64,000 nt of DNA from contig JBHGNT010000012.1 in NCBI GenBank assembly GCA_043228905.1, positions 13,702,001-13,766,000 on the forward strand, written 5' to 3'. Made by a program: the position numbers and the translations under genes. This document shows positions 50,083-64,000 of the stretch, one piece after another; within the stretch, counting starts at the first letter, position 1; the number at the start of each line of letters is the position of its first letter. The DNA is from Azolla caroliniana. Its lineage: Eukaryota; Plantae; Polypodiophyta. The notes beneath the pieces are model-generated. The model was not told where the DNA came from and did no database searches. It saw only the letters and a list, made by a program, of their open reading frames with translations.

Positions 50083-53000
50083 ATGGATGATTCACATTTC
50101 AGATCCAGAGGGAAAAGAAGCTATCCATACCATGACCGCGACTATTCAGAGAGTAATGGAAAGCACAAAAAATTCACTTCAGAAGATGCCTTAAATGGCC
50201 CACCAATGCCAATTCCTAAGCCATTGCCTGGTGACACACTTTTCCGTTTACTATGTCAGGAACCAAAAATAGGAAGTGTGATAGGAAAAGGTGGGAGTAT
50301 TGTTAAGTCCTTAAGACATGAGACAGGTGCCAAAATCACAATTGCAGACTCTTTTGAAGGTGCAGAGGAGCGAGTCATATTCATATGTTCGTCAGAAAGG
50401 GATAGAGAGCGCCATCGGGGCATGGACAGGGGCAGGCATGATTGGGATAGGGATAATAAAGAGCGACCTTTAATTTCGCCAGCCCAAGAGGCCCTTATGA
50501 AGGTCCATGATCGCATTGTTGATGGTGGTACCCTCAATGGGAGTGACATCATTGAAGAAGATCCGTCTCGAATCATCACGACACGATTGTTGGTTCCTAA
50601 TAGTCAGGTAGGTTGTTTGCTTGGTAAGGGAGGGAAAATCATTGCACAAATGCGCGAGGAAAGCAAGACGCAAATTCGCATACTACCGAGAGATCAGGCT
50701 CCATTTTGTTCTATGCCATCGGATGAGATTGTGCAGGTAATTCTTAAGAGTATGTTATCATCAAACTTTGTGGTGACTAAGCATATAATATGCATGTTAA
50801 AAAAGACTCAAAGGTATTGCTGCATATGTTGGCAATTACTTTTTCATTGGATTTTTTTGGTTAAAATTGAATTGTGGTGAGTAGGCATCTCATGTGCATG
50901 TCCCAAAAGTCCTGGGGATATTGTTGCATATGTTCACATTTACTCTCTGTCTGCTATTCTAACTGTTCTTCTTGCCAGTTAAGAGGTAGGTAGTGGGAAG
51001 GTGTTAAAATTCAAATTCTGGTGCTGATTGCAATGGCAACTCACCTTCTTTCTGCAAAGTATATGTGATAATAATTTGTGCTATAGATGTACTGTAAGAT
51101 ATTCCTGCTTGTGACTCTCTGAGAAAAACAAATTGAGTGAAGCATCATAGTTCTCCAAGGACATAGTGATAATTTAATATTTTTTTAATTCTGCATTAAT
51201 GATAATTTAGTATTTTGCTATTCTTTATTCATGATAATTTAGTTTTTTGTTATTCTGCATTAATGATAATGTATTATTTTTACTCTGCAGATAGTTGGGG
51301 ACATAGAGGCTGTCAAGAAGGGCTTGTGGCTTGTATCCACTCAACTTTTTGAGAACCCACCACGAGAATGGGCTTTAGGTGGACGTTCCCCGCAAAGATG
51401 GAATGCGTTTCCGTCAGAGGATATGAATGCTCCATATCAGCCTTCCTATGAATCACATGGAAACTACGATAGTGGGCAGCATCAGAAGAACCTTTCTTTA
51501 TCATATTCCGATCATGATCAATCAGATTTGATGAACTCTGCAGGTCACCCTCATGGTCCTGGAAATCTGAGAACAGATCGTGGATGGCAAAGTTCAGGTG
51601 AAAATGAAGAGCTTGCGTTTCGTATCTTATGTCCTAATGAAAAGATTGGAGGCATAATTGGGAGAGGAGGAAGTATTGTCCGGAGTTTGCAGGAGGAGAT
51701 CGGTGTCAGGATTAAAGTCAGTGAACCAGTTGCAGGATCACCTGAAAGGATTGTTGTCATAACTTCAATTGAGGTACTTTTTGTCTCCATCCTAAATTCA
51801 TGAAGTTTATTTTGGACCTACGACCAAAATTTGGATTTGTTTTCCACTCAAGCTGGATTATGATATTACAGCATCTGGACGACAACATATCACCTGCTCA
51901 GGAAGCCCTGCTACATGTGCAAAGTAAGATTGCTGATCTGGGACCAGATGAGGATGCAGTTATAACATCAAGACTTTTAGTCCCTGCAAATCAGGTGGGC
52001 TGCCTTCTAGGTAAAGGTGGAAGTATCATAGCTGAAATGCGAAGATTAACAAGAGCAAACATTCGTATTTTGGGCAAGGATGATCTTCCAAAGTGCGCGT
52101 CATCTGATTATGAGCTTGTTCAGGTTTTTTCTGTATTCTCAGAGTTACAAAACAACTTTTTTTGTGTATGCTTTGGATATGCCTGATTTAATACTTAAAT
52201 TAGATTGTAGGTGATATCAGGAATGCTCGGGAAGCCATAATACAAGTAACTAAGAGGTTGCGGTCCAATCTACATTATGAGAGGTCACTTTTGAATTCTG
52301 ATGGTGTTATGCATACGCCAGTGAGCAACTCCATGCCTCAGAGGAGATATGATCAGTATTCTCCGGCACAGATTGATTTTCATTCCTCGGGAGTTCCTAA
52401 CATTGGGCTAACATCTTCAAGCTATCTTAAATCATCTCAATCTCCGTCTGATTATTGGAATGGACAGGTTAGTACTTCCTTTTGGGATTAAGAAACCATT
52501 GTTTGTTGTTTAGGTATTGGAATGAATGAAAGGTTCAACTGAAGTGAGTGTCTTCCTCTTTTATCTATTTAGCTCATTTTACTTAATAGTAGCAACTTTT
52601 GAATGCCCGCTGGACACTCTTTGTCGTGTGAGGAAATAACCGTATGAACACCTTGTTTCATCCATGAACGTTGGATTTTTAAATTTATTACATGCTAAGT
52701 CAATTGTAAATTCTACATTTGTGGAAGCACATTGCTCATTACTTATTTTGGATGATGTTTTTTTCTCTCTCTGTTCTTATGCACAAGTATAATGTGTATT
52801 AACATAATTGCCATGAAACTCTAGAATTTTGACAGTATACCATATGTTGTCTGTAAATATTCTTTAATTTTGTTTCTTTTAGCATTTAGAATACTACTTC
52901 TTGAGTCTCTACTTGTAATTTATTTGAATATATAGTAAATTATTTCTTACAAAGCTATCATACTGAGGAGGAAATAACCCTCTGACTACCTTGTTTCATC

Positions 53001-56000
53001 CATGAACTTTGGATTTCCTAAAGTTATTACTTGCTAAGTCAATTGGAAATTCTACACTTGTGGAGGCACATTGCTCATTACTTATTTTGGATGATGTTTC
53101 TTTTCTGGCTGTTCTTATGCACAACTATCATGCGTATTAACATAATTGTTAAGAAACTCTAGAACTTGAACCATTATGAGCACATGACATGTCATGCATG
53201 TGGGCAGGCTCCAGTCCTCTACCGTAGAGTGTAATTGAAAGAGAAAGATATATTAACGTCTTTAAGAGGCCAATATGGGCTGTCAGACCAAACAAGGGAT
53301 GACATCATAAAATTTTGTTTCATCTTTGTGAACAGCAAACAGAAATAAACATAACCAACTAAATAAATAAGTAAGCAAATAGAAATATAATCAAGACGTT
53401 GCTAAAGAATCTTGTCATCTAATACATATAAGATTCTTAAGTCAGATATATTGTGCTTTTTGTCTTTGAAAGATCGCTTATCCAGAATGGAGAGGTTTTT
53501 GAACTGAAGGACCTGTGATTCGAGGGAGGTAACGGCCTTTATTGGTTGATAACAGGGTGGTGAGATTGTCGTCCACGAAGCCAGGGCCTACATGCACAAC
53601 AAATTGCTATTGTCAGATCTTTTGTAACTCCTTTGCATGTCCTGGTCAGGATCACATTTGTGTAGCCTGTGATTGACTAGCATGAATAAGAAAGCTCTGA
53701 TTGTTCTTTGTTGATGAGCTTGTGTGGCTATCTTGTTGTTTGTCAACAACTTCTACATGTGTCTCTTGAGTTCTAGCAAGAAAAGCCCCATACGCATTAT
53801 GTTAATACACATGATATTTCTTGGCAATAATGTCAATGTACATGATATTTCTTGGTAATTATGTTAATACACATGATATCATATGTTTTCTATAATATAC
53901 CTTTACTTTGCATAATAAGTCAAACCATTGCTTAAAGAGGCAATGATATCTCCCCCGTATTTCATAAAAAACAGTACAATGACATGGTGTTCATTAAATT
54001 CCACCCCCAAATGATGTAATTAGCAAAATTCATTCTTTCATGCATATATGCATACCTCAATCTCTAACTGACGTGAAAAAGTTTGCAACTACCCTTTCAC
54101 ATTGTTCAAAGCATAGGATAGATGTATGTCCATATACGAGGGCCTGATGATGTATCTATCCTCTGATGTGTGTAAAAAGTGTCTTAGAGTGCGCCATCTT
54201 CCTACCAAGATATGTTGTGGGACTGATCCATGTTATTTTGTGCCTTCCCAAATTGTAACCAATCAATGGCATTTCTTACATTTTGTGGAGTGAAAAAGTT
54301 GGATTCATGTAGGCATGAGCCATGTGGGTGGGGGAACGGGGGCTGCCGGAGGATATCATATAGTACCTTTGCATATTCATGCCACACCTGAGGTGAGGTC
54401 AATTGTGTGGTCGTATGCCTTTAATTAAACATTGTCCATGCTCTTTTGCTTGCTTGTGCTCGGAACAAGTGATACACACGATCTTCAAATTTAGCTAAAT
54501 TGATCTCTTCTTCTTCTTCACCATTCGTTGGAAGGTTGCTCTTGCTTGTTGTTTTTCTAGGGGTGCAAAAGGATCCAATTCTAGAATGCCATTATTTACT
54601 CCACAACCATACATATCAACTGTATCCTGAATAATTTGTATCTAGCCAGCCCACTATCCTTTTTAGCATATACGTCCCTTGTGCATCCATCCTTCACTTC
54701 AAAGCGTAGATATGCAGATCTGCTGTCGAACTGATAGGTCTACTGGAGATAGCGAAGTTTGTTATTTTGGATATAAGAGATGGAGATTCCATCAGGTAAT
54801 TGACGGTGCTTGCTCATCCTTATGGGTTCCACATGTCAGTGTTCTGATCTGGGCCATTTTGACCAACTATTATATATCACAAATCCATATGCACTTCCCA
54901 ATTCTTGAAAATGTTTGCCAGATTCTTTCACTTCACTCATATCTTGAGCTTGCTGCATTAGACCAACTTCTTCTCGTATAGCTTCGCCATACATAACCTG
55001 ACCGGGGTCAAGCATAGTTGTATGTTCATCTTGGGCATTGAAATCCCCTAAGACTATTATATCTCTCATTGCAGAAAATTCTATAATATCATCGTACAAT
55101 GGTAGATATGATGATTCTCTGAGAGACGTAAACCTTGAGTAGGTGGGTGGAACTTAGCAAATCACACTGTTGAGTTTCCTAAAGTTGTCTCTTTTGATTT
55201 GTACCCACATATACCATGCATCTGCATCCTTATGCCAATATGCACTCTATCATACATCTCCTTTTTGTACAACACAGCCACTCCAAATCCTTTAGTGCTG
55301 CCTGGTGTCTGTTGTTGGGATGCCACACTGGCATTCATCTATATCTGTGTACATCGGGGAGTCTACTAGCAGGCATTGATGGATCTCGGAGAGGATGACA
55401 AGAAAACCACACCAAACGCCAAAGATAGAGGGAATGAATGAGTCGAAAACATAAATTAAATATAAATTGAGACTTATATCAGGGTTGAACATTTTTCTTG
55501 CGAACCCTGTTTTGAAGCCCAAGATAAACATACTCTAAACCCTAATCTTAATGGAATGAAACTGGGCCATGAGAATTTGGGCTCTGGAATTTCATCTAAG
55601 GATCAAACATTTTCTATTCCCAAAACCCCTGTTATATAGCCCCATGGATCCTATCTCCTTCTCCATAAATGGAATGTAACTCTTCCTGTTCTGTATGGGT
55701 CTGGAATTAAGCTTGTTTTTCTCTTTTGCTTTATCCATAGGTGCCAGGATTCCGTACTAGCATGATAGCACTCACTGTCACAATGAAGAACAGGTAACTC
55801 TGTGATGCAAGAATGCCCACCAGACGGGAAATCCATAAATCCTCCTTGTATGCTTCAGCAGCAGCCACATACTCTGCCTCTGTAGTACACAATGCAAGAC
55901 ACTTCTGTAGCCTGGAGATCTAAGAGCCTGCTTCTCCTGTGAAGGTAATAAAATATCCAGAACTGGACTTTCTGTATCCATAAAGCCAACGACAGATGCC

Positions 56001-57769
56001 TTCTGCTTTCCATAGCCGACTCACAAATAGCCTTTTAGGTATCTCATAATACTGTTCACTGCTTCCGAATGCTTTTTGCCAGGGTTCACCATGTACCTGC
56101 TAACCACTCCCACTGAAAAAGAAATGGCAGGACATGTAGCAACCATAGGGTATAGCAAATTGCCAACAGCTGAAGCATATGGAATCTATCATCAGATCAT
56201 AGATGTAGGGCTGTCTTCTATACTGAGTTTCACATATGGAGGCAGGGTAACCCCAATTGTCCCCCCCCATATTGAATAGCTACAAAACCTTGGAGACATA
56301 TCCTGTTGAGATAGGAAACGTATTCTTTTGACCGATTTCTGAGTTTTCGCATGCCAAGAATGTGATTTGCGTCAGCACGATCCATCATATCAATGCTTCC
56401 ATGAAGGCATGGGTATCCCTGCCCACAACCAGCATGTCATAAACATACAAAACCAAGATACTCAGGCTGCCATCTGCTGCCCTCTTGGTGTGCAAGCAGT
56501 GATCCACTTGACATCTGTGAAAACCTTGGGACTGCGTAAATGTATCAAATTTATGACACCATTCTCTAAAGTTTGTATACAAACTCCTTTTGAGCTTACA
56601 GACCATCTTCTCGTTGCCTTTTGATACAAATCCTTCAGGCTGTTGCATGTATTTGTCTCCATGCAGATCGCCATTTAAAAAAGCAGTTTTTACATCCACC
56701 TGTATGTGCTCATCTTCAGCTGCAAGAAGGCCAAACGGGTAGATGGCTGAGCATCCAGTATATACAACGATACAACGCATGGACTAGTTGATAAACCAGT
56801 GTTCTCTAAGATAAACTTATTTTGTACTAAATGTCTGCACTCATCTGTTGTAACACATTTATAATCTTCCCTTCTATCATTTTATACTTTCTTACTCCTA
56901 GCTCTGATTCGAACGCAGTGAGCATGTAACACATTTATACTTTCTTACTCCTAGCTCCGATCTACACACACACACACACACACACACATTTACTTTTGAG
57001 TTAGCTCTAGCTGCTCAGATGAGTCCAAGGGCTATTGTGATTTACAGCATCTTCATTTCATGTTGGATTATCAGTTGCCATTTTAAAGAAATTTTAGATT
57101 TGTGGGGTTTACACTGCAGGAACTGATGGGAAGAAATATTGGTGACTGTGACAGCTCATTGTTTAATAAAGGATCTGAGTTATTTAGGTATGTTCAAACT
57201 TGTGTTTGTGAGCATGTTTGAAGTAGAATTGTAGATTCCAGGTCTGATTTTCTTTTAATTGGAATTGGATACACATGAATTTGTAGGTCAACGGGTGCCC
57301 TTGTGACAAAAACAACAGTTGAGGTAGCAATACCATCTCGAGTTGTGCCGGTTCTACTTGGAGATGGTTGCGCCAAACTTTCTCATATCCGTCTTGTAAG
57401 TATATATACATGTTGTCAGTGCTGTTAGCTGTGTTTATAAATTTCTCTCTCTATATACCACCCCATATCCTAGAACTAATTTGTGTGCAAAATAACTCTA
57501 TGCACTGCCAAATCTTTATCTGGAAAACTTTGTTATTGTCATTCTTTTTGTATTTTGAATATTTTATCTTGAGAGATTGCTTGACACAACAAAGATGATA
57601 TGTAAAACAGATGTCAGGTGCCAAAGTGAATATCGTAGACATTAGACCTGGGATGTCAGAGTCTGTTGTAGAGATTTCGGGAACACCTGAGCAGACACAC
57701 ACTGCCCAGAGCTTACTGCAAAACTTCATCATGGGTGGTCAGACCTCATCTCTGGGCTATGGAGTATGA
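50083..57769 (+). CDS. five-KH-domain RNA-binding protein, HEN4/RCF3-like (~662 aa)
   Basis: Exons 50083-50736, 51291-51773, 51872-52123, 52204-52467, 57120-57187, 57287-57395 and 57611-57769, all GT-AG and phase-compatible. KH motifs IGSVIGKGG, VGCLLGKGG, IGGIIGRGG, VGCLLGKGG and C-terminal SGAKV..VEISGTPEQ..AQSLLQ. 5'UTR acceptor at 50070. Confidence 0.93.
52629..53165 (+). repeat. ~200-bp direct duplication in KH intron 4
   Basis: GAGGAAATAACC...GAAACTCTAGAA occurs at ~52630-52825 and ~52968-53164. Confidence 0.85.
54130..55400 (-). mobile_element. decayed LINE (endonuclease and downstream region) in KH intron 4
   Basis: DIIVLGDFNA motif and VRNAIDWLQFGKA segment; homologous to 4830-5180. 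Boundaries approximate. Confidence 0.75.
55740..56730 (-). mobile_element. decayed copia RT-RNaseH fragment in KH intron 4 (family of 2934-4546)
   Basis: VDVKTAFLNGDL..YMQQPEGF..CKLKRSLY, ILVLYV.DML; nucleotide similarity to 3300-4375. Confidence 0.88.
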
Positions 57770-58761
57770 TATACACTTGTTCGGTATTTTGAGCACTCCC
57801 TGGATGTGTTCTCGGACAAGGTGGTAATGTTATGATTCAGGGGCGGTAAACCCTGGAAAGTTCTTGAAATTAAAATATTGGAATTTTTCCATGGGTGCAA
57901 GGGGGGATTTGACTTGTATTTCTTTCATTTTGACCATATGCACTCATCCCTCTTGCTGAAATCTTCTTGTTATACTCCCCCGTTCCACTTTGTTGTTCAT
58001 TGAAAAGGCTGCTCAACAGCCAAGGTTTTCTAAAATTCTTTTTTCTAGCATGTAGGATTTGTTTAGGTATAAATGGTAACTACTGATGAGCTATGCTAAT
58101 TATAATTAATTAGAGATTAGGGGAGAGGTTAATGCGTCATCTGTCTTACATTATCTCTGCGCTCACATTGTAATTTGCGATTTGGTATTATCTACGATTG
58201 TAGATGTGGAGTGTTGTATCTTTTAGCTAACATGCCACTATTTCCTGGCATTTTGCTGGATCTACAACAATATGGTGTAGATGTTTTTTTCATGTAACTG
58301 ATAATGAATGTCTCACTCAGATTTCTAACATTTCAGTGTAATTCAAAAAGAAATCTTCCACACTTGTGCTAGTAAACTATTGTTACCCTATAGACGTTAC
58401 TTTCTGTTCTTGAGGTCTGGATATAATTTTTGGATCTGTTATGACTTCAAATTGATTTGCATTTATTCAATTGATAGATGATGCTTTTGAAAGGTTTTGT
58501 ATGAGCTTCTCTAGCCAGCTTTTGATTGTCTTAATACATTACTTTAATTCATTTTTTACTTGTTTAGAGATAAACAAGACAACTAATGGAGACATTATTT
58601 TTCTAATTTCTTTGCACAGAATTTGGAGTAGGCTTACATTCACTTGAAAGTAAAATAGGTCAATGCTAGTATTTATAATAAGAATGATATGGCCTCTTGA
58701 GCTACATGTACATTCAAATCATATATTTTGTAAACTTGATAAGTGACAAGTATTGAGCTAG

Positions 58762-60310
58762 ATGATGGGCAAATGTTACTGCGGTTACACTTCGCTTACT
58801 TTAAGCCACGAAAAGGGACCAATTGGCCCCTCCACTAGATGGATTCTAAACATGGATCTCAAACCTAGTTTCTCCCGCCAACTGGAGGATAGATTTAGTG
58901 CATCCATGTGGAAGGCGTGGTGTGACATTAGACGAGGACTAAAGTGCGATCAACCCAATTCCAAACTTGCTTGGTTCAGTCAACATATCCTATGGAACCC
59001 ACGTATTAGGGATGAATCTAATCAACTAATTGGATCAAGTAAGGGGCTGTCATGGGGATATATGTTGGAAGGTCTAGGAAAAAGTATAGAATGTTGGAGA
59101 TGGTTTATTTCATTGCCAATACAAGACCAAGCCAACATCCTCCACGGAATCAGGGGCAAATGGGCTATGAGATCTTAAATCATTAATGCTCTATTGATTA
59201 GGGAAGTTGCTCATCAAAGGATGACAACAGAGAAATGGATTGGCTACAAAGAGGAGGGCTCTTTGATCCCAAGAGGTAGGGACACACTGGACGGGCTCTA
59301 AAATGCAGCACAACGAGACATCAACACAACATAAGGCAATTCGAGTACTAGCATATACTGGGCATAAATGGATTGTAGATCTTGATCTGATCAAAGTACA
59401 ACCAGATTGGCACATATGTACTCATGAAAACACATGGTTACGTATGGTCAGTTGGGACCCTTTACAATGGACTTGGTGTGATCCTTACACAGGGCAAGGA
59501 AGCAAGCCTATCCCTTTCTTTCAATTCACAACTAGATTGGGTCGCCATATTATAGCCGCTCAATTCGCCCGAGAGCTGGTTGTTGTAAAGGTTTGGCACA
59601 CATATCATGTTCCTTACACAATTATCACAAAGTTTTGGCAGAAACTTTGGAAACAACAACACGTGAGGCGAATCACCACTTTCCAATGGCTATTAATACA
59701 TAAGTCACTACCGGTTGGTGCATGGCAGCGTGGGAACCTCAACTCTCCTAATTGTGTAGCGTGTCCAACTGTATTAGAATCCATATGGCACGCTCTATGG
59801 GACTGCCTAGAGTCCCATCGAATATGGCGGGGGGTTGGCCGCTTATTGCAATTATGCCAGGTGCAAGGCTCAATCAAGTGAGGGAATGTATGTTGGCTAT
59901 CATGGCATGCCCCAATTGATAGATATGAGCATCACATAGAGGGGATGACTTTGGTTATAAACGCACAAGAGGTTTTTTTCTTCACCATCGGCAATATCCA
60001 CTCAACTCTTATTAGTGCCAAATCTCGAGTTGTGTTGGACTTGGTCAGCTCAATAACTCTTTGGATTCTATGGAAACAACGGCATAGACGGGTCTTCTCC
60101 AACCAAAGCGCGCAACCAATAATGTTAATGCAAGAGATATGGAGTGAAATTGTAGCCACTCTAAAGAGCCAATATGATGGCCTCAAGGGTGACTCCGATA
60201 GAGTTGAAACACAACGATTAGCCTTTATCCAACAATGGTTGTCCTCTCCCTTTCTTGAGGCAGTGGGCATCCACATAAGATGGACCTATCGTGTCCCTAT
60301 AGGGATTTGT
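58762..60310 (+). mobile_element. L1-type LINE 3' fragment (zf-RVT region)
   Basis: FWQKLWK..RRITTFQWLLIHKSLP...C..C....ESIWHALWDC and TLWILWKQR.RRVF, with frameshifts. Confidence 0.8.
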
Positions 60311-61370
60311 ATATATAATCTCATCTGTAAAATCGTTATAACTAATGGAAGGAGTTTTTTTTTTGGAAAAATAAAAGGTGTATGAAATGTGAAATAAGAA
60401 AAAATCAAACCTAAATTTATTGTCAGAAAAACTACAATATAATAACCAAAAGATATGACCTGATGTTAAGGTGTTGGAGTAGTTTATGATCCCAATCAAT
60501 AATTAATGTTGTCCTCACATCTCTTCTTAGCCGATCAATGCATTTGAATATCTACAACATCTAGGCTAAAGTGCTTTTCAAGTTATTGGCCTCATCTAAA
60601 AGGCAGTTTATGAGTTCTTTTCGCATGGTGGCAATCATGTGGAAATGTTATATCTCTATGAAGGTTGTGTTGCTCCCACTTGGAGAACACTTTCGATTAC
60701 TCCTCATGAGTAATCGGGTCAAGGAATGTGGTGTGTCGGGAGCGTTCTCAATGGCCAGCAGTTCACTCTGTAGAATTAGTGACAACCGATTCGTAACACT
60801 AATTGCACAAACTGAACGTAGATAGATAGAAATAGATGTTGCGATAGACCATATGATTGCCCACAAGTTAAAATAGATCTTTGATTATAATCGCATACAA
60901 TACAATAACATTATAGTAACGAGTAAAATTGGTATAGCTCTCACTCACTCGTCCTAGTCTAAGCTTACTACCCTGAGAATTCAGTCTACGATCTCTATGG
61001 TTTCTGTATGATTCCCCCTTATGTGTTCGCCATTTCCTCGATTATATAGGTTTCCCTTTTCTCGAAACTTTCCCAACTACTCCTTGATATTCGGCTTCTA
61101 TCTTCGGTTGTTTGTATTCGGCTTCTTTTGGTCCTTACACCGTCATCCATGTGTCCTTTTTTATACTTGTCCTTCACGATCCTTTCACACTTTGGCCCTT
61201 CTGTCCCACCCGGTAACACCTGGCACGTCCGTGGGACAGTGCCTTGCAGGTCGAACCCGAAAATCCGCAAAAAAAATATCGGAAAAACTTGAAAATATTG
61301 CGACCTCGAAAAATCAATAGAATTGAAAAAAATACTATTGTACATTAGTCTTCTTCCAAAATAGACAAAA

Positions 61371-64000
61371 TGTCGTGCGTCTACTCCGAGGCATCTGGTT
61401 TGTTGGTGAGGTCGACCGAGAGATTGGCCCTTTGATTTGGTTCTGGAAGCACGTCTTGTTCTTCCCTTATCTCATTCTTCGGAATGGTCGGATGGGCTGG
61501 GTCATCTGGTGCCGCTTCTTGTTTGTCCTGCTGATGAGCCAAATCCTCGGGCTCCTGCCCTTGTGCTTGGCACATCGGATCCTCATTTTGCGGCTCTTCT
61601 GGTCCCTGTGTTGCACTTTCGAGCAATACTTCCTCTATTCCTTGTGTAGAGACCACTGTATCCTTCTCGGCCTGGAGGCGCTCATGTTAGTACCCATCCA
61701 TTTCAATAGCGAGAAGGAGTTGATTGTTATCCATGGGACAAATGGCACGAGGTGTGAAATGAATCTAAAGAGACGAGTAGGTCAAGTATGAAAAAAGAGG
61801 GGAATCGACCGAGCACTAGCAGCCGAGGAAGGTAGAACGAAATACATTCAACCGGGATTAAAGGGCTGTGAGTTATGATGGAGTAGTTGAAGCACGCAAA
61901 GGAGAGAATAGGCTATATAAGGCATGGAGCGGCAAAAGAAAGCGGGAGAGTGAATATATACATATGTTATGACATAGAAAGAGAGAGAATGACTAATATA
62001 GTCGGTCGTGTTGCCTTTGTAATTGATACATACAATAATCAATACACATACTTTTTGGGTCATCTCTGTGTCTGTTTCCTTAATATGTATTTTCGATTAT
62101 GTTATTCCTAAGTCGTAAGTGGAAAACCGGTGGTGGCCGGCTATCATATAACTGTTCGGCCTACTCGTCCCTATCGTAGTCCCCTACGCAACCACGATTC
62201 CTTGACCCAATTACTCCCTTGTTTCCCCAAGAAGGAGACAAGACAAATTGGCACACCCGGTTCACGTTGTGAGGTCACAACGAACAACGTAGGAGGAAAC
62301 CACAACCGCCATTACGATGCCTAACTGTAGCACGCGATCTCGTCTACCATCTGGCTGCACAGAGCCAATCGAAGGCGCTTCTGACTCCATGCTTACACAA
62401 CAATTGTTGCTGGAGCCATCTGAGTCGCACCACTCTCCGCTGCCAGCACCAGACACTTACATGGCTTCTCACACCGTTTCGCCTCACAGTACCCCCGAAG
62501 TCAACCAAGTCGAATACAACCCATTCCCGGCGCTACCCGAAGATTTAGACTTCAACACCATGCCGTATCCGTATCAGCAGTGCACGGATGACCCCGACGC
62601 TAAATCACACATTCGCACCTTCTTGTCGACATGGCAAGCCAACCACTCGACGTAGCGTCTGACTGCTGCTGAGGTGGACTTGTCCAAAATCGCGGAGATC
62701 ACATTGTCTCTCAATGGACCCGCTCACAATAAGATGATATTCCCGCCATGATCTTGGGGAATTTATGATGTTTCAGGATGTTCACACTCGACTCCTCGAA
62801 CTTTTCCATTGAGAGATACCCAAGCAAGAACTCCTCCACCAGTTCTACGCAATCGCATAGGAGACGAATGAAACGGTCTCCCAACTGGAATTCAATAGGC
62901 ACAACGACTTCCAAACTTAATGCCAGCCAAAACGGTGTGGAATTTATACTCGTTTTGAAAGTCAAATATCCGAAAGACTTCCTAAGAACGAGTTAGAACA
63001 GAAGTGACTTGAACAACTACTCCAACTCGGGGAAAATCGGCTCGCTAGTCTCAGCCAATTAAAGCATGGTCAGAGGAAACGAGAAGCCTTCATCGATCGC
63101 CATCGGAAAGGGTCAGAAAAAACATTCGAAATCGGTAAAGTAGTCCTAGTTTTTCAAACCCGGCTTAGATCGATGCCAGGGAAACTCCGTTTCCACTAGA
63201 CAAGGCCCTTTTTGGATCATTAACGAATTCAACGGAATGTTCCAACTCGGAATATTAGCCGGTGGCATGATGCCGAAATGGGTCAATGGGTTCCAATTAA
63301 AACCATATCTCGGCCATACTCTACCCAACCTTTTCGCCGATAAGAGAGACGGTCACGATAACCCCATGGTGGGTGGAACACGGGGGCCAATTGCCTCTAT
63401 CACGGTAACCACCCTACCTACCCGATATTGTATACTTTATGTAAAAAAGAAAAGAAAAAAAAGAATGACCCACTAAGTTAAGTATTTAAGAGCATGCACA
63501 ACACACGAATAAAGAAAGTACAAACGGGTTTTCAACGCGTGGTCTTAAAACCTTATTATGGTAGGGAAGATTTTGAATCTAGGGCACAAGGCCACCTATC
63601 GAGAACTGAGGCACATACATAAAGGAGGGCACCACACACACAACACTCACACACGCACATAGCCTTCAAGCTCTCTCACCTTCTGCACCAAGGCTCTCTC
63701 GTTCTCACACCCCCTGCTCAAAAGCCTTCTCACGCTCTCGTTCTCATTTGTGTTACATGGTTGTGTCTGTTACGCTTCCACACACGCTATTCTTTTACAA
63801 CAACTAACTCCACCAAACTTGTATCGTCCGTTTTACTACCGAGCATAATTATTCGACCACTGAATGAGAAGCTTTAGGAATGATCTACAATGTGAACAAA
63901 TTTTGTCACTACCTTCTCAATCCGAAATTCACATTTCATGTCGACCATTCAACATTACTCTTCCTAGTGTCGAAGCAGTCATTAACACGCAAGCTAGCAA
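61371..64000 (+). mobile_element. non-chromovirus Ty3/gypsy (Tat/Athila-like) deletion derivative, runs off the window
   Basis: Putative LTR 61371-62245 (TGTCGTG...CAAGACA, TATA at ~61914) and PBS-like TGGCACACCCGG at 62249. Gag start at 62317; integrase C-terminus GKLRF..PF...VNGFQLKPY at ~62970-63310. PR, RT and RH absent. Confidence 0.72.

Noticed and set aside
51165-51270. short AT-rich tandem repeats in KH intron 1
   Set aside because: Ordinary slippage duplications with no sign of function.
60570-60870. possible minus-strand exon or DNA-transposon Ulp1 remnant
   Set aside because: Only vague similarity, with stops in all frames; cannot be supported without a search.

Overview
Plant genomic DNA; intron size, TE load and PPR style suggest a large-genome fern or similar, which is an inference. 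About 60% of the window (10293-48372) is one nest of LTR retrotransposons up to four levels deep. An old Ty1/copia (A) holds a solo LTR, a chromovirus Ty3/gypsy (B, 13462-25887) containing a very young intact copia (C, 15481-20894), a truncated copia (E), and a second decayed chromovirus (F). F in turn contains a copia (G), which contains another copia (D), plus a LINE. Host genes are a complete 7-coding-exon, ~662-aa five-KH-domain HEN4/RCF3-like gene (+, 50083-57769), a PLS-type PPR pseudogene cut off at the nest, and a partial minus-strand gene not visible in the ORF track. Its spliced exons (7885-7196, 2689-2639, 1145-1034) build a FERM-F1/Ras-association-like ubiquitin fold. The best leads are: a gag/pol -1 frame offset kept in two diverged copia copies without a canonical slippery site; a capsid swap between those copies; strong CCGG enrichment in the young copia; a conserved 5-unit RNA-hairpin array and tRNA-like segment in the chromovirus leader; and the non-KCBP FERM-like gene. 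All calls are from reading the sequence by eye; no database searches were run.
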